Assembly (NCBI GenBank): GCA_964552795.1
Contig: CAZKIO010000054.1
Coordinates: 3,609 to 27,608 of the forward strand
Length of the DNA: 24,000 nucleotides
DNA from: an uncultured Planctomycetaceae bacterium
Lineage (GTDB): Bacteria; Planctomycetota; UBA1135; GCA-002686595
Direction of reading: 5' to 3'
Shown here: positions 20,362 to 24,000 of the stretch, piece by piece
Layout: every line of letters starts with the position of its first letter
Numbering within the stretch: the first letter of the stretch is position 1
Notes under the pieces: model-generated
Databases searched by the model: none
What the model was told of the DNA's origin: nothing
The model's input: only the letters and a program-made list of their open reading frames with translations
Program-made: the position numbers and the translations under genes

Positions 20362-21969
20362 TCACAAGGCCAGGAGGCCCGGGTTCTCGAGCAGCCGCTT
20401 CATGTACACCAGGAAGCGCGCGCCGTCCGCGCCGTCGGCCAGGCGGTGGTCGACGGAGCACGACAGGTTCATGTACTGGCGCACTTCGATCTTGTCGCCC
20501 TCGGGCGTCTCGACGACACCGGGGCGCTTGACGATCCGGTGCACGCCCAGGATCGCGACGTCGGGGTAGTTGATGATCGGCGTCGCCAGGATCCCGCCGA
20601 TGTTGCCGGCGTTGGTGATCGAGAACGTGCTGCCCTTCAGGTCGTCGGGCTTCACCTTGCCGGCGCGCGTGCGGTCGGCGAGTTCGTTCATCTCGTGGGC
20701 GATCTGCAGCACGCCCTTGGCCTGCACTTCCTTCACGACCGGGACGATCAGGCCCTGGTCGGTGTCCATCGCGATGCCCAGGTTCACGTACGCGTAGCGC
20801 ACGATCTCCTGCGCCGCCTCGTCGAGGTGCGCGTTGAGCATCGGGTACTTGGCCAGCGCCAGCGCGGTCGCCTTCATGATGAAGGGCATGTAGGTGACCT
20901 TGACGCCCTGCTCCTGGCCGAGCGCCTTGGCGGTCTCGCGCAGGCGGACCAGCTCGGTGACGTCGAGCTCCTCCACGACCGTGAAGTGCGGCGCGGTGAA
21001 CTTCGAGCGCACCATCGCCTCGCTGATCTTGCGGCGCACGCCGCGGAACGGGATGCGCGTCTCGCGCTCGCCCGCGGGGATCGCGAGCGCCGGGGCTGCC
21101 GGGCGCGCGGGCGCCGACGACGGCGCCGCCGCGGTCGCGCCGGACTTCGAGAACGCCTCGACGTCCGCGCGGCGCACGACGCCGCCGCGTCCGCTGGCGG
21201 GGACCTGGCCGAGGTCGATGCCCAGTTCGCGCGCCACGCGGCGCGCGCTGGGAACGGCGAGCACCTTGCTGTCGGCGCTCGACACGCGCGCGGCGGGCGC
21301 CGAAGCGGCGCCGACGGCGGCCATCTCGCGCTTGGGCTCGGCGGCAGGCGCCTTCTGCGCGGGCGCGTGCTGCGCGGGTGCGGGCGCGGCGGCACCCGCG
21401 CCGGTCGCCAGCGAGAAGATCACGGTCCCCACGGGGACGGTCTGTCCTTCCTTGGCGTGCAGCGCGGTGATCGTGCCCGCGGCCGGCGCGGGCACCTCGA
21501 CCGTCGCCTTGTCGGTCATCACCTCGACGACCGCCTGGTGCTCCTTCACCGCGTCGCCCTGCTTGACGAGCCACTTCACGATCTCGCCTTCGGCGATGCC
21601 CTCGCCGATGTCGGGCAGCTTGAACTCGATCGTGCGGCCGCCGGCGGTCTTCGCGGCCGGAGCGGGAGCGTGGCCGCCGTTGTTGGCCGAGGCGGATTCC
21701 TTGGCGGGCGCCTTGGCCGGCGCTGCGGCGCCCGTCTCCAGGACGAAGAGCACGCTGCCCACCGGCACCGTCGCGCCCTCCTTGGCCTTGAACGCGGTGA
21801 CCTTGCCCGCGGCCGGCGCGGGCACCTCGACCGTCGCCTTGTCGGTCATCACCTCGACGACCGCCTGGTGCTCCTTGACCGTGTCGCCCTCCTTGACGAG
21901 CCACTTGACGATCTCGCCCTCGGCGATGCCTTCGCCGATGTCGGGCAGCTTGAATTCCAGCGTTGCCAT
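20362..21969 (-). CDS. Dihydrolipoamide acyltransferase (E2) with two lipoyl domains, 535 aa
   Basis: Two EFKLPDIGEGIAEGEIVKWLVK.GD.VKEHQAVVEVMTDKATVEVPAPAAG lipoyl domains (lipoyl-Lys in MTDKA), with Ala/Pro linkers. Subunit-binding domain: LAVPSARRVARELGIDLGQVPASG. Catalytic core includes SCSVDHRLADGADGARFL (DHRxxDG). Confidence 0.95.
   Translation of the reverse strand: MATLEFKLPDIGEGIAEGEIVKWLVKEGDTVKEHQAVVEVMTDKATVEVPAPAAGKVTAFKAKEGATVPVGSVLFVLETGAAAPAKAPAKESASANNGGHAPAPAAKTAGGRTIEFKLPDIGEGIAEGEIVKWLVKQGDAVKEHQAVVEVMTDKATVEVPAPAAGTITALHAKEGQTVPVGTVIFSLATGAGAAAPAPAQHAPAQKAPAAEPKREMAAVGAASAPAARVSSADSKVLAVPSARRVARELGIDLGQVPASGRGGVVRRADVEAFSKSGATAAAPSSAPARPAAPALAIPAGERETRIPFRGVRRKISEAMVRSKFTAPHFTVVEELDVTELVRLRETAKALGQEQGVKVTYMPFIMKATALALAKYPMLNAHLDEAAQEIVRYAYVNLGIAMDTDQGLIVPVVKEVQAKGVLQIAHEMNELADRTRAGKVKPDDLKGSTFSITNAGNIGGILATPIINYPDVAILGVHRIVKRPGVVETPEGDKIEVRQYMNLSCSVDHRLADGADGARFLVYMKRLLENPGLLAL
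21469..21630 (-). repeat. Lipoyl-domain coding repeat, copy 2 (330-nt offset from copy 1)
   Basis: It includes a 72-nt run, 21475-21546, that is identical to 21805-21876. The flanks carry scattered single mismatches. Confidence 0.9.
21799..21960 (-). repeat. Lipoyl-domain coding repeat, copy 1
   Basis: Direct repeat of 21469-21630, compared base by base. The core is a perfect 72-nt match, and identity is roughly 95% over about 150 nt. Confidence 0.9.
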
Positions 21970-22008
21970 GTGCGTGGTTCCTGCGGGTGGTTCGTGGCGG
22001 GCGGGCGA

Positions 22009-22983
22009 TCAGTAGCCCCAGACGTGCTCGATCGCGTCGAGGACGCGCCGGTCGTCGGGCATGTAATGGTGTTCGAGCGTGTTCGGGAACGGCGTGTCGA
22101 AGCCGGTGACGCGCGCGATCGGCGCCTCCATGTACTCGATCGCGTTCTCCGCGATCAACGCGCTGATCTCGGCTCCGAAGCCGCAGAAGCGCGGCGCCTC
22201 GTGCACGACCACGACGCGGCCGGTCTGCTTGGCGGCCTCCAGCACGCCCTCCTCGTCGAGCGGCAGCAGCGTGCGCAGGTCGACGACCAGCGTCTCGATG
22301 CCCTTCTCGGCGGCCTGCGCGGCGGCCTTCTCGCACACCGGCACCATCGCGCCGTAGCAGAACACGGTCACGTTGCGGCCCTCGCGCACCGTGCGCAGCG
22401 TCGAGAGGTCGACCTTGTACTTGCCCTCGGGCACCTCGCCCTTCAGCGCGCGATACAGCGCCTTGGGTTCGAGGAACAGCACCGGATCGGGATCGTCGAT
22501 CGACGCGAGCAGGAGGCCCTTGGCGTCGTACGGCGTGCTCGGGATCACGACCTTGAGGCCGGGCGTGTGGCAGAAGTACGCCTCGCCCGACTGCGAGTGG
22601 TACAGGCCGCCGCGGATGCCGCCGCCGTACGGCGTGCGGATCACCATGGGCGCGGTGTACTGGCCGCCCGAGCGGTAGCGCAGCTTCGCGGCCTCGCTGA
22701 CGATCTGGTCGAAGGCCGGGAAGATGAAGTCCTGGAACTGGATCTCGGCGACGGGCTTCAGCCCGTTGACCGCCATGCCGATCGCGGTGCCGACGATGCC
22801 GTCCTCGGAGAGCGGCGTGTCGAAGCAGCGCGCCTCGCCGAACTCCTTCGTCAGGCCCTCGGTCGCCAGGAACACGCCGCCCTTGGGGCCGACGTCCTCG
22901 CCGAACACGACCACCGAGGGATCGTTGCGCATCGCCGTCTTGAGCCCGTCGTTGACGGCTTGGACCAGGGTCAGGTTCGCCAT
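22009..22983 (-). CDS. 2-oxoacid dehydrogenase E1 beta subunit, 324 aa
   Basis: MANLTLVQAVNDGL...VVVFGEDVGPKGGVF..TEGL...FG..RCFDTPLSEDGIVGTAIGMAVNGLKPVAEIQFQDFIFPAFDQIVSEAAKLRYRSGG is a canonical E1beta (transketolase-like) sequence. Confidence 0.95.
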   Translation of the reverse strand: MANLTLVQAVNDGLKTAMRNDPSVVVFGEDVGPKGGVFLATEGLTKEFGEARCFDTPLSEDGIVGTAIGMAVNGLKPVAEIQFQDFIFPAFDQIVSEAAKLRYRSGGQYTAPMVIRTPYGGGIRGGLYHSQSGEAYFCHTPGLKVVIPSTPYDAKGLLLASIDDPDPVLFLEPKALYRALKGEVPEGKYKVDLSTLRTVREGRNVTVFCYGAMVPVCEKAAAQAAEKGIETLVVDLRTLLPLDEEGVLEAAKQTGRVVVVHEAPRFCGFGAEISALIAENAIEYMEAPIARVTGFDTPFPNTLEHHYMPDDRRVLDAIEHVWGY

Positions 22984-23025
22984 TTCGTTGGTTCCTCGTG
23001 TGCTGTGCGTCGGGTCGTCGGCGGG

Positions 23026-24000
23026 TCAGAGCGGGAACGCGCCGTCGCCCGCGGCGGCATCGCCCTTGCGGCGGCCCAGGTCGAACGCGGCCTGGCCTTG
23101 CTTCCGGATGTGCGCGGGCACGTCGGCGTACACGTCGCTGAAGATCGTCTCCAGGCCCGGGCGCGGCGTCGCCTCGGCCGTGCGCGCGGCCTCGCTGACC
23201 TCCTCGAAGGCCTCGGCCGACCAGCGCTCGCGCAGCTCCTCCTTCCAGAGCTTCTTCTTCTTCAGGAAGCGCTCGAAGCGCAGCACGGGGTCCTTCTTCT
23301 CCCACGCGGCGACCTCGGCCTTCGGCACGTAGCGCGTCGGATCGTCGGAGGTCGAGTGCCCGCCCATGCGGAACGTGTAGGCCTCGATCAACGTCGGCCC
23401 GCCGCCCTTGCGCGCGCGCTCGCGCGCCTCCATCACGGCGCGGCGCACGGCGAGCAGGTCGTTGCCGTCGACCTTGACGCCCGGCATGCCGTACGCCTGG
23501 GCCTTGATCGCGTAGCTCTCGCTGGCCGTCTGCTTGTCGCTCGGGCACGAGATGGCCCACTGGTTGTTCTGGCACAGGAAGATCACCGGCGACTTCCACA
23601 CCGCCGCGAAGTTCAGGCCCGAGTGGAAGCCGGCGCTGCTGGTGCCGCCGTCGCCGAAGCTCGCCAGCACGACGTGCTTCTCCTTGCGCACCTGCATCGC
23701 GTAGGCCGCGCCGACCGCCTGGACGATGTGCGTGCCGATCGGCGAACTGATCGAGAAGAACTTGATCGGATCGGTGAACGAGAAGTGCACCGGCATCTGC
23801 CGGCCGCGCGCCGAGTCCGACGCGTTGCCGTACATGTTGTGCATCATGTCCAGCGGCGAGACGCCGTGGTACAGCGCCATCCCGAAGTCGCGGTAGCTCG
23901 GGAAGATCCAGTCGGTCTTCTCGACGGCGCTGGCGGCTCCGATCTGCGTGGCCTCGACGCCCTTGTTGGGGATCGAGAAGCCGATGCGGCCCGAGCGCTG
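23026..24000 (-). CDS. 2-oxoacid dehydrogenase E1 alpha subunit (C-terminal 324 codons; the N-terminus lies beyond the window end)
   Basis: The track lists 23026..23880, but the frame stays open to 24000. My translation upstream of the internal Met reads QRSGRIGFSIPNKGVEATQIGAASAVEKTDWIFPSYRDFGMALYHG. TPP motif FGDGGTSSAGFHSGLNFAAVWKSPVIFLCQNNQWAIS, and FRMGGHSTSDDPTRY. The protein ends in GDGAFPL. Confidence 0.92.
   Translation of the reverse strand, partial: QRSGRIGFSIPNKGVEATQIGAASAVEKTDWIFPSYRDFGMALYHGVSPLDMMHNMYGNASDSARGRQMPVHFSFTDPIKFFSISSPIGTHIVQAVGAAYAMQVRKEKHVVLASFGDGGTSSAGFHSGLNFAAVWKSPVIFLCQNNQWAISCPSDKQTASESYAIKAQAYGMPGVKVDGNDLLAVRRAVMEARERARKGGGPTLIEAYTFRMGGHSTSDDPTRYVPKAEVAAWEKKDPVLRFERFLKKKKLWKEELRERWSAEAFEEVSEAARTAEATPRPGLETIFSDVYADVPAHIRKQGQAAFDLGRRKGDAAAGDGAFPL

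Noticed and set aside
19192-23599. A 1090-aa - ORF (20327..23599), and the 19192..20103 (-), 19263..20531 (+) and 20894..22015 (+) ORFs
   Set aside because: These are off-frame shadows over the E1alpha', E2, E1beta and E1alpha genes, all of which have textbook motifs in their own frames.

Overview
The window is very GC-rich (roughly 70%, judged by eye). Genes are densely packed and third codon positions are strongly G/C-biased. Every real gene is therefore shadowed by long Arg/Ala/Gly/Pro-rich ORFs in other frames, and I reject those. I support 17 CDSs. I saw no tRNA, rRNA, CRISPR array, transposase or integrase.

Gene order, left to right:
- A minus-strand c-di-GMP signalling operon: Hpt, then an HDOD-like/REC/GGDEF protein, then an HDOD protein that runs off the window edge.
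- An exported-protease neighbourhood: an S46 dipeptidyl-peptidase, a PrcB-type lipoprotein, and a 966-aa subtilase (S8) lipoprotein.
- lpd and lipB, whose coding sequences overlap by 4 nt.
- An 8.2-kb plus-strand block: a secreted 7-repeat propeller-like protein, a zinc-ribbon membrane protein, a cytochrome b562-like protein, a 1156-aa PVC-type heme-c protein ending in a DUF1080-like domain, and a polytopic GT-C-like protein that resembles Dpy-19.
- A minus-strand 2-oxoacid dehydrogenase operon, E1alpha-E1beta-E2-E1alpha', with a second E1alpha paralog after E2.

Best candidates for something undescribed:
- The b562-like / PVC heme-c / Dpy-19-like trio at 13339-19219.
- The PrcB-like lipoprotein sitting between two exported proteases, which echoes the dentilisin complex.
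- The two E1alpha paralogs, which share a GDGAFPL tail and only one E1beta, in an operon separated from its lpd-lipB partner by the plus-strand block.

All family assignments come from reading motifs in the translations. No database search was run. The taxon cannot be determined; the PVC-type heme protein hints at a Planctomycetota/Verrucomicrobiota-like Gram-negative organism.
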